Part shown: piece after piece, positions 18,548 through 27,642 of the stretch
How the letters are laid out: each line of letters starts with the position of its first letter
Numbering within the stretch: position 1 is the stretch's first letter
From: Chitinophagaceae bacterium
GTDB taxonomy: Bacteria; Bacteroidota; Bacteroidia; Chitinophagales; Chitinophagaceae
Assembly: GCA_035550215.1 (NCBI GenBank)
Contig: DASZPM010000016.1
Span: 5,788-69,787, forward strand
Length of the DNA stretch: 64,000 nucleotides
Reading direction: 5' to 3'
The notes under the pieces: model-generated
The model's input: the letters and a program-made list of their open reading frames with translations, nothing else
What the model was told of the DNA's origin: nothing
The model's database searches: none
Position numbers and translations under genes: made by a program

Positions 18548-18676
18548 GGGCATTGCAACGTCGCATTCTATTCAAATCTTTTTTTCGCGGTTTGATGACT
18601 AAAAACCTTTTGAGAACCTTCAATCAATATTTAAAGGTTTTTTTGCACAAATTTTTTTCACTTGTTTATTTTGCCG

Positions 18677-20548
18677 TCATACCATAAAGTCAAGGTTTTC
18701 GGTAATACGCCTGCCGGTTTTAGTAAATGTTTCTATATACAACTTAATACGTTGCCTGGCTAATTCAAGATTAGTATTATTGAGGTTGATGTTCAGCAGA
18801 TCAACAAACCATGGTAATTTGCTTTCGTTCAGTACATACACATAAGCAATTTCACGGGCTATAGGCAAAGTAGTTGTTTTTGATGTCTCAAACACATCCC
18901 TGGCATCTGCCCTTAATAATTTTTTGTATTCATCCTCCAGCAGCATTTCAAATATCTTTTTGGTAAACATGTCACCGGCATGTACACCTGTTTCCGCATC
19001 ATCTTCTGTAAACACTGCTCCTTTATGCAGCCATTCCCATAATATACTTAAGCGTATTTCGCCCGTGGCCATATCTTCCATCAGGTAAAGCACATCATCA
19101 TTGCCAAAAAAATCCGCGGCCTTCAGGGCGGCGGCCTGCATGCCCTGTCCAAACGCATTGCCATATTGCATAGCAACGCTTAGCAGGTTGCGGGCGCCGC
19201 GTATAGTAGTAGGGGCCGGTTCTGTTAATATCAGCCCGTTTGCATCTTCCTGCTTGTAGGTGAGAGGAGGGAACGCCCTGCCTAACTGATTGGGCTTGCC
19301 CGCTGTTGCCCATACCGGCCTTACAATGTTTACCATTTTCCAGTGGGCCACCCATTTTCCGCTCGCGCCGGCCTGCTCCTCACGTTGCGCGCCTGCCACA
19401 GCTTTATGCATACTTGCTGCGACACCCTCCTTGGAGCCAACGGGAATATTTGGTTCCATACCCCCTTGCCATAAAGCGAAGTTGCCATTGATGTCAGGTG
19501 TGTTTACTGCGCGGCGTACCCTGTCTTCATAATTACGCATATAGCCATACGTCATCAAAACAGATTCAATGTTTGGGTTGATAAAGCTTTTATCCCATGC
19601 CATTGCATCTGCAACGCTATTAATGTAATCCCAGCGGCCTGTGTTATACCCTATAAAATGTTTGCCTAACGCTGCCCTTATTTCCATTAGCTGGTAAGTG
19701 GCTTCTAATTGCTCTACTAATAAATATACTTTGATTGTTCCACCAGGTAAGCCAAGATGATTTTCAAGCGCGGTTAGTATTTCATTCCATACGGCTGCTT
19801 CTTCAGCCGTTTGCACTTTCGGCAGGTACAATACAATAGAGCAACCTTTTTCTTGAAGTTGCCTGTAGTTGTTTACTACATATAAAACCGTGTCAACAAT
19901 TGAAGCGGCCATGCCCAGGCCATTCTCATCACGAACATGCCGGTCATCTAAATGCAGGCCACGTGCCCGGAATATTATGGTAGTAAAGTTTAGCTGTTCA
20001 TCCAGGTTGGTAATAATATTTTTATTGAGGAAACCCATTGCCCATTTATTCATTTCCGTCATAACCTGTTGCGCCACCTTCAGAAACAGGGGGTCGCGTG
20101 CTATTGCAAGCTTGAGGTTGCGCTGGTTATCCAGCGACATGGTATCGGTTTGGCCCAAGGCATCCTCCCCGTCAAACATCCATCCGTCAGCGCCTGAGAG
20201 CAGCGCATAGGCCGCATTGCGTATGCTTGTTTCAACAGGCGCATTTGGTTTTGCCGCAGGGCCTGTGCCCTGTATCCATTGACGCTGCAGGTCAGCGGGA
20301 ATAAAAGAGCCCTCAAATTTTCCATCGCGTGCATCCTGTACATTTATGTTTGTACGGGGGATATAACTTCCGGCTTCCAGGAAAGTAATTCTCGTCTTGT
20401 TTTCAAAGCGTTCTTTCCGTCTTTGAATGCGTGAGGCCATAACTTCCTTGACGATTGCATTGAAAGGAGCGAGTGCCTGCAGCGCAGAGAGCGCTTCGGG
20501 TGTGTAAACATCGCTGTAAACCTGTTGTACATTGCCGCGTATCTCCAT
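18677..20548 (-). CDS. Malate synthase family protein (MSA-like, extended)
   Basis: 623 aa. Blocks match E. coli AceB from memory (RARGLHL, LYLPK, GTIKVYLLVEQL, NTGRWDYI, LMEDMATGEIRLSILWEWLH). Confidence 0.8.
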   Translation of the reverse strand: MEIRGNVQQVYSDVYTPEALSALQALAPFNAIVKEVMASRIQRRKERFENKTRITFLEAGSYIPRTNINVQDARDGKFEGSFIPADLQRQWIQGTGPAAKPNAPVETSIRNAAYALLSGADGWMFDGEDALGQTDTMSLDNQRNLKLAIARDPLFLKVAQQVMTEMNKWAMGFLNKNIITNLDEQLNFTTIIFRARGLHLDDRHVRDENGLGMAASIVDTVLYVVNNYRQLQEKGCSIVLYLPKVQTAEEAAVWNEILTALENHLGLPGGTIKVYLLVEQLEATYQLMEIRAALGKHFIGYNTGRWDYINSVADAMAWDKSFINPNIESVLMTYGYMRNYEDRVRRAVNTPDINGNFALWQGGMEPNIPVGSKEGVAASMHKAVAGAQREEQAGASGKWVAHWKMVNIVRPVWATAGKPNQLGRAFPPLTYKQEDANGLILTEPAPTTIRGARNLLSVAMQYGNAFGQGMQAAALKAADFFGNDDVLYLMEDMATGEIRLSILWEWLHKGAVFTEDDAETGVHAGDMFTKKIFEMLLEDEYKKLLRADARDVFETSKTTTLPIAREIAYVYVLNESKLPWFVDLLNINLNNTNLELARQRIKLYIETFTKTGRRITENLDFMV

Positions 20549-20570
20549 AATAACAATGAATATTTTTTAT

Positions 20571-21167
20571 TTAGTGCTGGGATGATTGAATGATGAATAC
20601 AGTCATGCTGAGCGGGCCATGCGCTCCTAAAACCAATGCCTGTTCAATATCGGCGGTTTTTGACGGGCCGCCGATGAAACCGCCAAAGCCATAATCGCTT
20701 TGGCCGATTTGTGTGTATGCGTTATGCATAGAAGCAACAATAGTGCTATCGCCAATTAAAACAATAAGATACTGGCAGATATACGGTATAATACGCTGGC
20801 CCATTGCCTCATCTGTAAGCCACACCGCACCATTTTCAGCAACTGCCAGATGTGCTTTTATAATTGCCAATTCAACATCAGCAAACGAATGTGGCGTATC
20901 GGCAGGGGAATAGAGTTCTGCTATATCGTTTAGTTCGGGCAGTGTAGTAATTATACGTTTATCAGCGGCAAATTTTTGACGGACAAAATTTTTAACTTCG
21001 TCGAGGCCGGTTACAGGGTAAGCCTCACCGCCTATGGACGTAAAAATGTCTATATATTTTTGAACGACATCATCAAATTCAAGCTGGAAAATACTAATAT
21101 CAGGCAAAGGTGTTAATTCGGGCTGGTTGTGTAAAACTGCCTGTAATATAAGTTCCCTGCTGTCCAT
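20571..21167 (-). CDS. lutC: LutC (LUD-domain lactate utilisation protein C)
   Basis: 198 aa with LUD-domain-like blocks (AVAENGAVWL, GPSKTADIEQALVLGAHGP). It lies immediately after lutB. Confidence 0.85.
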   Translation of the reverse strand: MDSRELILQAVLHNQPELTPLPDISIFQLEFDDVVQKYIDIFTSIGGEAYPVTGLDEVKNFVRQKFAADKRIITTLPELNDIAELYSPADTPHSFADVELAIIKAHLAVAENGAVWLTDEAMGQRIIPYICQYLIVLIGDSTIVASMHNAYTQIGQSDYGFGGFIGGPSKTADIEQALVLGAHGPLSMTVFIIQSSQH

Positions 21168-21194
21168 CTTTTTCGTTTTATTGATGAGGTAATT

Positions 21195-22583
21195 TTATGC
21201 TTCTTTTTTCTCTTCGGTTTTAATATACCATTGGCTGAACGATTCTTTTGGGCCGGCAGGCATCTCCCTTTGCTTGTACCATGGATTAAACCTGTTGTTA
21301 ACTGTAAAGGGTGCGTAATTTAAAAACCACCTGCCGGTTTTGCCTGCCACCCTGAAAGCAGCAGGAGATGAGACCGTGGCGGAAAGCGCTTTTATTGCCA
21401 GTGCTTTTGAGTTAGGCACATATCCCTCTTTTGCTATAACCTGGCGCCATTTATACAACTGATCGTGTATATTTATTTTTACAGGGCAAACATTTGAACA
21501 CGAACCGCAAAGCGTGGATGCAAACGGAAGGTCAGAATGTTTTTTTATATCAAGGTTTGGCGCCAAAATAGCGCCGATAGGACCTGTTATGGTGTTGTGA
21601 TAACTTAATCCGCTGCCTTTTCTGTAAACAGGGCAGGTGTTCATGCAGGCCCCACACTTTATGCATTTGAGCGAAGACCTGAACTCTTCGCGCCCCAATA
21701 AACGGCTTCTGCCGGCATCAACCAAAATAAGATGCATTTCCTGCCCGGGGCGTGGTTTTTTGTAATGACTTGAATAAATGGTTATTGGCTGCCCGGTGGC
21801 GCTTCTTGCCAATAAACGCAGGAATACACCCAGGTGCTTTTTCTCGGGCACCAGTTTTTCCAATCCCATTGAACAGATTTGCACCTCGGATAAATGTGCC
21901 CCCATGTCTGCGTTACCTTCGTTGGTGCACACCACGTACTCGCCGGTTTCAGCAACAGCGAAGTTTGCCCCGGTAAGCGCTGCGCGGCGGGTAAGAAAGA
22001 CGTTGCGTAAATGTTTGCGGGCTGCTCTTGTTAAAGCCGTAGGGTCTGACAATCCTTCTTCGGTGCCTAAATGCCTGTGAAAAAGCGCCCCTATTTCTTC
22101 TTTTCTTTTATGTATGCAGGGCAGTACAACATGGCTTGGCGGCTCACCATCAATTTGCTGAATGTACTCGCCAAGATCTGAATTTATCACTCCAATGCCG
22201 CGCTCCTGCAAGTATTCATTCAGGTTGCATTCCTCCGTAAGCATAGATTTGCTTTTAACCATTTCGGTTATATTTTTTGCTTTAAGGATAGAATACACTA
22301 TTTCGTTATGCTCATCAGCGTTTGATGCCCAATGCACATTAATACCGTTTTTTTTAAGGTTTGTTTCAAATTGCAAAAGGTAAGCGTGTAAATTGGAGAC
22401 GACATTACTTTTAATTGCTGAGGCAGCTTCCCGCAATTGCTCCCATTGCGGTGTACCGTTGGCGGCTATGTCGCGCTTCTGACGTATCCACCATAAAGCT
22501 CCATCGTGCCAGTCAACTTTCTCTTTATCCTGAATAAATTCTTCTGCCAGCGTGGCGTGTTTCTTTGTACCGGTATCTCTCAT
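21195..22583 (-). CDS. lutB: LutB iron-sulfur subunit (LUD domain plus 2x[4Fe-4S])
   Basis: Two ferredoxin-type motifs, CIKCGACMNTCP and CGSCSNVCP. Size is 462 aa. ATGA overlap with lutA. Confidence 0.9.
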   Translation of the reverse strand: MRDTGTKKHATLAEEFIQDKEKVDWHDGALWWIRQKRDIAANGTPQWEQLREAASAIKSNVVSNLHAYLLQFETNLKKNGINVHWASNADEHNEIVYSILKAKNITEMVKSKSMLTEECNLNEYLQERGIGVINSDLGEYIQQIDGEPPSHVVLPCIHKRKEEIGALFHRHLGTEEGLSDPTALTRAARKHLRNVFLTRRAALTGANFAVAETGEYVVCTNEGNADMGAHLSEVQICSMGLEKLVPEKKHLGVFLRLLARSATGQPITIYSSHYKKPRPGQEMHLILVDAGRSRLLGREEFRSSLKCIKCGACMNTCPVYRKGSGLSYHNTITGPIGAILAPNLDIKKHSDLPFASTLCGSCSNVCPVKINIHDQLYKWRQVIAKEGYVPNSKALAIKALSATVSSPAAFRVAGKTGRWFLNYAPFTVNNRFNPWYKQREMPAGPKESFSQWYIKTEEKKEA

Positions 22584-23317
22584 AATTCCGCGTTTAAAAT
22601 TTCGGCAATATGTATTATCTTAAGCGGGCTTTGGTTCCTGTGCAAAATTCCTTCAAGATGCATGAGGCAGGAAAGGTCGGGCGACGTAATATATTCCGCC
22701 CCGCTTTTGGTATGGTCCCGCATCCTGTCGATACCCATTTTTACCGAGACGGCCTCTTCCGATACGCAAAAGGTACCGCCAAACCCGCAGCATTCATCTT
22801 TACGCTCAAGAGCCACTAATTCCAGCCCGTCAACCATGCTCAAAAGTTTTTCAGGTTTTGAAAATGGCGTGCCCACCAACTCGCTCATTTTTGCGAGATG
22901 AAGCCCCCGCAAGCCATGGCAGCTTTGATGCAGGCCCACCTTGTGGGGGAAGCGCGCATTCAGCTTAGTTACTTTTAGAATGTCTGTGAGAAACTCAACC
23001 AACTCGTAAATATTTTCACGGATGAATACAGCGTCTGCCGGGGCAACATCGCTGTGCAAGTGGTCTTTTATATGCAGCACACAACTGGCTGAAGGGGCAA
23101 CAATGTAATCAAACCCCGCAAAATTCTCCACAAACAATTCATTGCAACCATGGGAAAGATGCTCATAGCCAGAGTTTGCCATCGGCTGCCCGCAACAGGT
23201 TTGTTTGGGCGGATAGACAACGTTAACACCTAATTTTTGTAATAACCTTAAGGTGGCTATAGCGGCGCCAGGGTAAAACTGGTTTACATAGCAAGGTATA
23301 AAAAGGCCAACAGTCAT
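22580..23317 (-). CDS. lutA: LutA (Fe-S oxidoreductase with two CCG cysteine-rich domains)
   Basis: 245 aa with the CCG motifs QTCCGQP and ECCGFGG. Confidence 0.9.
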   Translation of the reverse strand: MTVGLFIPCYVNQFYPGAAIATLRLLQKLGVNVVYPPKQTCCGQPMANSGYEHLSHGCNELFVENFAGFDYIVAPSASCVLHIKDHLHSDVAPADAVFIRENIYELVEFLTDILKVTKLNARFPHKVGLHQSCHGLRGLHLAKMSELVGTPFSKPEKLLSMVDGLELVALERKDECCGFGGTFCVSEEAVSVKMGIDRMRDHTKSGAEYITSPDLSCLMHLEGILHRNQSPLKIIHIAEILNAEL

Positions 23318-23353
23318 GTCATCAGTTATTTATCTTAATTAATCCCTGTCAAT

Positions 23354-25018
23354 TTATTTTACAACCATATATACAAACGGTATTACATAAGCCTGCAGGG
23401 TAACCAAAATGCCCACCAGCGCCGCCAGCACCAGGCTATGAAAAAACACGTAACGCAAAATTTTGCCCTCGTGCCCGTACCAGTTGGTGGCTGTACTGGC
23501 AACCACAATGCTTTGCGCGTCAACCATTTTGCCCATTACCCCGCCGGAACTGTTGGCGGCAGCCATTAAAATGGGACTTATATGTGTTTGCTTTGCCGTA
23601 ATAACCTGCAGGCTGCCAAATAAAACATTGGAGGCCGTATCAGAGCCCGTTAGCGCTACGCCGAGCCAGCCGAGCATTGTGCCAAAAAATGGGTACAACG
23701 TGCCTGTACGGGCCAATGCGAGGCCAATGGTGGCATCCTCACCGGAATATTTTGTAACATAGCCCAACGCCAGCATGGCTGCAATGGTGATTAATGAAAA
23801 GCGCACACGCCACAGTGTTTGCAGGTAGATTTTAACCATTTGCTTTATTGAATAACCCATTATAAACCCGGCGACTATTGCTGCAACCAGGATACCGCTG
23901 CCGGTGGCAGATATCCAGTTTAAGGTAAAGACCGCTTCTTCCGGCTTTGTGGGGTTTCCCGGTGTTGGTGCAGGAACTATTGGCGGAGTGCGGCTTACTG
24001 CATTATGCAGGTAAGCAAATTTGAATTTTGGAGCAGCAATGCCATTAAATGCGTTTTTAACAAATGGCAAGCCCCACATGAAAATAAAAACGGTAAGTAA
24101 TATCCACGGCAACCAGGCCTGCAACTTTCCTTTTGCGCTGACCGAAGTTTGTATTTCAGACGGTATTTCATCACCGGTCTTCTGCAACTTCCACAATGTT
24201 TTGGGCTGCCAAAACCTGAGCAATATAATTACCGCAGCAATTGAACAAATTGAGGCTGTGGTATCTACTAACCAAGGGCCATGAAAGTTAGAAATAAGGA
24301 ATTGCGGAATGGCAAAAAACAACCCCGCGACAAAAGCCGCAGGCCAGACACCCAGCATGCCCCTGAAACCTGACATGGCACAAACAACCCAAAAGGGCAC
24401 GATGAATGAAAAGAAAGGCAATTGCCGCCCTATCATAGCAGAGAGATGTTGCAGGTCAAGCCCCGTTACAGAAGAAAGCGCAATGATGGGTGTTCCCAAA
24501 GCACCAAAGGCAACGGGCGCCGTGTTTGCAATAAGCGATAACCCGCAGGCGGCCAGCGGCCTGAAACCGAGTTGAATTAAAATTGCCGCGGTAATGGCTA
24601 TGGGTGTACCAAACCCTGCGGCGCCTTCAAAAAAAGCCCCGAAAGAAAAAGCGACAAGGATAACCTGTATCCTGGGGTCTGGCGCTATAGTGCCTAAATG
24701 CTGTCTTATTATTTTGAACAGGCCTTTGTTAACGGTTAACTGGTAAAGAAAAATAAGGTTAAGAATTATCCATCCTATAGGGAAAAGCCCGTTTGCACCG
24801 CCAAAAGCAGTGGTGGCCGCAGCAATTTTAGCCGGCATGTGATAAATAAATATGGCTATGCCAACGGCTGCAGCTACGCCAATTATTGCCGCAAAATGAA
24901 TACGCATCCTGAATATCGTGATTGAACTTAACAGGATAATTACCGGCAATGCCGCCATCAGGGTTGACAGGACGGTATTGTGCAAGGGATCGTAATTCTG
25001 CAGCCAGGGGGTTTCCAT
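23354..25018 (-). CDS. lctP: LctP-family (L-lactate/glycolate) permease
   Basis: 554 aa and polytopic. The start is typical of LctP (NYDPLHNTVLSTLMAALPVI) and GAAGFGTPIAI is present. Confidence 0.9.
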   Translation of the reverse strand: METPWLQNYDPLHNTVLSTLMAALPVIILLSSITIFRMRIHFAAIIGVAAAVGIAIFIYHMPAKIAAATTAFGGANGLFPIGWIILNLIFLYQLTVNKGLFKIIRQHLGTIAPDPRIQVILVAFSFGAFFEGAAGFGTPIAITAAILIQLGFRPLAACGLSLIANTAPVAFGALGTPIIALSSVTGLDLQHLSAMIGRQLPFFSFIVPFWVVCAMSGFRGMLGVWPAAFVAGLFFAIPQFLISNFHGPWLVDTTASICSIAAVIILLRFWQPKTLWKLQKTGDEIPSEIQTSVSAKGKLQAWLPWILLTVFIFMWGLPFVKNAFNGIAAPKFKFAYLHNAVSRTPPIVPAPTPGNPTKPEEAVFTLNWISATGSGILVAAIVAGFIMGYSIKQMVKIYLQTLWRVRFSLITIAAMLALGYVTKYSGEDATIGLALARTGTLYPFFGTMLGWLGVALTGSDTASNVLFGSLQVITAKQTHISPILMAAANSSGGVMGKMVDAQSIVVASTATNWYGHEGKILRYVFFHSLVLAALVGILVTLQAYVIPFVYMVVK

Positions 25019-25268
25019 ACAGTAGTATATAAGTTAATATTGGTTTGCTGTTAATATAAAAGCAAAAACGTTACTGCCCCGGTACAATTCAATATATCAC
25101 TCCGGCATAAATTTTATTGCCACCGGTTTTATTATAATGCTGCCAAAATAAAAGACGGAGAATTCTCAGTATGCAACAACCGTATCACCAAAGCTAAAAA
25201 AATATTCAATGCGGGGCGAAGTAAATATTAGCAGGGAGGAAGCTTTTGATGAATGTGTTATATAATGG

Positions 25269-25976
25269 CTAGCACTTTACCATCTTCTTCTTTTTGCCCA
25301 GGGAGCCGCGGTTTATGGTTTTGTTGATGTACTCCACTGCTGATGGCACTTTGCATGCGGTGCCATTCATATCAACGGTTACAATACCAATTTTTTTTGC
25401 GGTGGCGATAGCCGCATCAGAAAGTGGCACAACATACGAGCCCAGCGCGATAATAAAACCATTCATGGTATAACATACACGGTTGGGCGCACTGTGAATA
25501 TTCTTAGCTGCATGGTCAAGCAATTTTTTTAGCAACGGTATGTCCAGTTCATTATCTGCCTTAAGGGCTGCTATATTGCCAAGGGTGGCCCAGCCGGCTG
25601 CGGCAATATATTCTTCTTTGGCGTCTATCCATTGTAATGCCAGTTCTGTTCCATGTTCGTTACCTGCTGCAACCCATGGCACTGTGTACTCACTTATATT
25701 GTTAGATGTTGCCTGCTTAACCCACATATTCAATTCTTCCTTAGTCATTTTTGCGTCGTCAGCTATCAGGCCGGCAAGGTACATAGCGTCAGCATTGCCG
25801 GTGGCGTATAATTCTTTGGCAAGGGTGTAATCTGTCTTTACCTTTTTCTGTATTGTTTTTAGATGCTCAACCTTTACACCAAAAAACGGTTCTTTAACGC
25901 CGTGTTTCAGCAATATTTTTTTAATGCCTTCGTCGCCTTTTAGTTTTAGCTCGGCCATTATTTCTTTTGCAGTCAT
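25269..25976 (-). CDS. DNA alkylation repair protein-like (HEAT-like repeat, AlkD-superfamily-like)
   Basis: 235 aa and all-helical. It resembles the Bacteroidota family usually annotated as DNA alkylation repair protein, including the KKKK..KC tail. This call is from memory only. Confidence 0.6.
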   Translation of the reverse strand: MTAKEIMAELKLKGDEGIKKILLKHGVKEPFFGVKVEHLKTIQKKVKTDYTLAKELYATGNADAMYLAGLIADDAKMTKEELNMWVKQATSNNISEYTVPWVAAGNEHGTELALQWIDAKEEYIAAAGWATLGNIAALKADNELDIPLLKKLLDHAAKNIHSAPNRVCYTMNGFIIALGSYVVPLSDAAIATAKKIGIVTVDMNGTACKVPSAVEYINKTINRGSLGKKKKMVKC

Positions 25977-26025
25977 ACAGGCTTGTGTTTTTGGGTTACC
26001 AATGCAACTTACTTATTATTCCAAA

Positions 26026-27171
26026 TTATTGCAATACCTTTTCAACGTAACCGGCAAGGCCGTCCACCGTTGTATCAGCGCCGGCATCAACCAGCATTCG
26101 TATAATTGGTTTAAAGTCTTTTCCTGCATCATTATTGAAAGCGCCCCACAAAGCCGCGCCAAGTACAGTGCCCCCATGCTGATTTCTCGATTCCAGCGGA
26201 GCGCCCCATTCCAATAACACCTTCATCACATTTGCCTGTCCGCCTGCAGCAGCCCAATGCAATCCCTCCTGGAAGAAATGCGCATCAATACCACGCTGCA
26301 ATAAAAATATTACAGTCTCATGCATCCCATACCCGCAAGCCGAACAAAAACCGCGCTGCAATTGCCTTACGGATATATCATCTTTAAGGCTGCCGTCTTC
26401 CCTGAAAAATTTCTTTACCTCACCGGTTATGCCTAATCCTGCGGCGGCTTCAAGATTAACTTCAGCCCCGCGCGATGCAAGGAATTGGGCCGCCTCAAGC
26501 CTGCCATTGGCAAGACAGGCTGCAAGCAGGTTTTCTCCGGGGAGCGCAGTCATAATAGCCCCGTTATCCAGCAATAATTGCAGCAACTTCTGTTGAACGC
26601 CCGCCTTAAACGGGTGCGCACTGGTAGCCGCAAGGCCTATTGTAGTGTCTTTGCTATACATATCCGCAACGGCATTAATACCTGCACCTGCATTCAATAG
26701 TAATTGTGTTATTTCAACGATGTTTAGCGGCGTTTTTTGTCTGTACCACTCAACGCCGTTGGCGGCGGTATAATGCAAAAGTGTGGCGCGGTGCTTTCTT
26801 GTTGAACGGGAATAAACTAATGAAGGGTTGTTGCGCAGTAAGCTACCCAGGCGTTCAGTATCACCATAAATAATTGCGTCAACCGCATTTTCAAATTGGG
26901 TTGTTGCTACATTTTGGTTATCCAGCAACTGCATGCAGTGAACGAATTTCTCCCAACTGTCAAAATGATGCTCATGCAAAAACTTGTGCATGGTGTGCGG
27001 GTATCTTTTAGATATTTTATTCCACGCAAGGTTACCGTTGGCGCCGGCCCAATCACTTGCTTGCGGGTTAGCATTGAAAGCAGGAAACGCTTTTTTAAAC
27101 GCATCTTTATCCTGTTTAATAGCGGCTTGTTCAGCGGCTTTTAATTGTATTTCAATTTCGGGGGGCTGCAT
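26026..27171 (-). CDS. Ankyrin-repeat protein
   Basis: Several ANK-like units (TLLHYTAANG...LLLNAGAGINA, LHWAAAGGQANVMKVLLEWGAPLE). No signal peptide. ATG is at 27171; the ORF track uses TTG at 27180. Confidence 0.85.
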   Translation of the reverse strand: MQPPEIEIQLKAAEQAAIKQDKDAFKKAFPAFNANPQASDWAGANGNLAWNKISKRYPHTMHKFLHEHHFDSWEKFVHCMQLLDNQNVATTQFENAVDAIIYGDTERLGSLLRNNPSLVYSRSTRKHRATLLHYTAANGVEWYRQKTPLNIVEITQLLLNAGAGINAVADMYSKDTTIGLAATSAHPFKAGVQQKLLQLLLDNGAIMTALPGENLLAACLANGRLEAAQFLASRGAEVNLEAAAGLGITGEVKKFFREDGSLKDDISVRQLQRGFCSACGYGMHETVIFLLQRGIDAHFFQEGLHWAAAGGQANVMKVLLEWGAPLESRNQHGGTVLGAALWGAFNNDAGKDFKPIIRMLVDAGADTTVDGLAGYVEKVLQ

Positions 27172-27180
27172 GTTTGACAA

Positions 27181-27639
27181 TTATTTTTGACTTACCTGTT
27201 GATTATCTTTTTGCCATGCCGAATATGTTGTTCCTTCTGCTACGTCTGTGGAGCTTTCAAAGTACAGGTCGTAGCCGTCGGGGTCTTTTACATGTACCAC
27301 CCACATGTTGTTGCCTACAAAAACTTCGCTTGCCGGTTGTATGGCTTTCGCTAAAAACTCGTGGTATAATGCCAGGGCATCAGCGCAGGTAAAACATATA
27401 GATACACCCCTGCCCACCCCGTTTTCAAACGGCGATGTATTGTTGCCATGCGGCCTGAACTCCTGCAACATCATAGAAGCGTTATCCCGTGTAAGCCAGC
27501 ACCATTCAATTTTGCCGCGTGGAAGCCATTGATTAACCAATGTAAAACCAAGCCCATTTATGTAAAAAGGCAGGGATACATCCATTTTTTTCACTATAAA
27601 AAAAGGAACAGCCTGTTGTATATTAACATTTGTATTCAT
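27181..27639 (-). CDS. VOC (glyoxalase/bleomycin-resistance fold) family protein
   Basis: 152 aa with a VOC-like start (AVPFFIVKKMDVSLPFYINGLGF) and end (WVVHVKDPDGYDLYFES). Confidence 0.75.
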   Translation of the reverse strand: MNTNVNIQQAVPFFIVKKMDVSLPFYINGLGFTLVNQWLPRGKIEWCWLTRDNASMMLQEFRPHGNNTSPFENGVGRGVSICFTCADALALYHEFLAKAIQPASEVFVGNNMWVVHVKDPDGYDLYFESSTDVAEGTTYSAWQKDNQQVSQK

Positions 27640-27642
27640 GCT

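Noticed and set aside
18167-18687. ORFs 18167..18553, 18390..18623 and 18439..18687
   Set aside because: They overlap the tRNA-Pro gene and its terminator hairpin. They are artefacts of translating structured RNA sequence.
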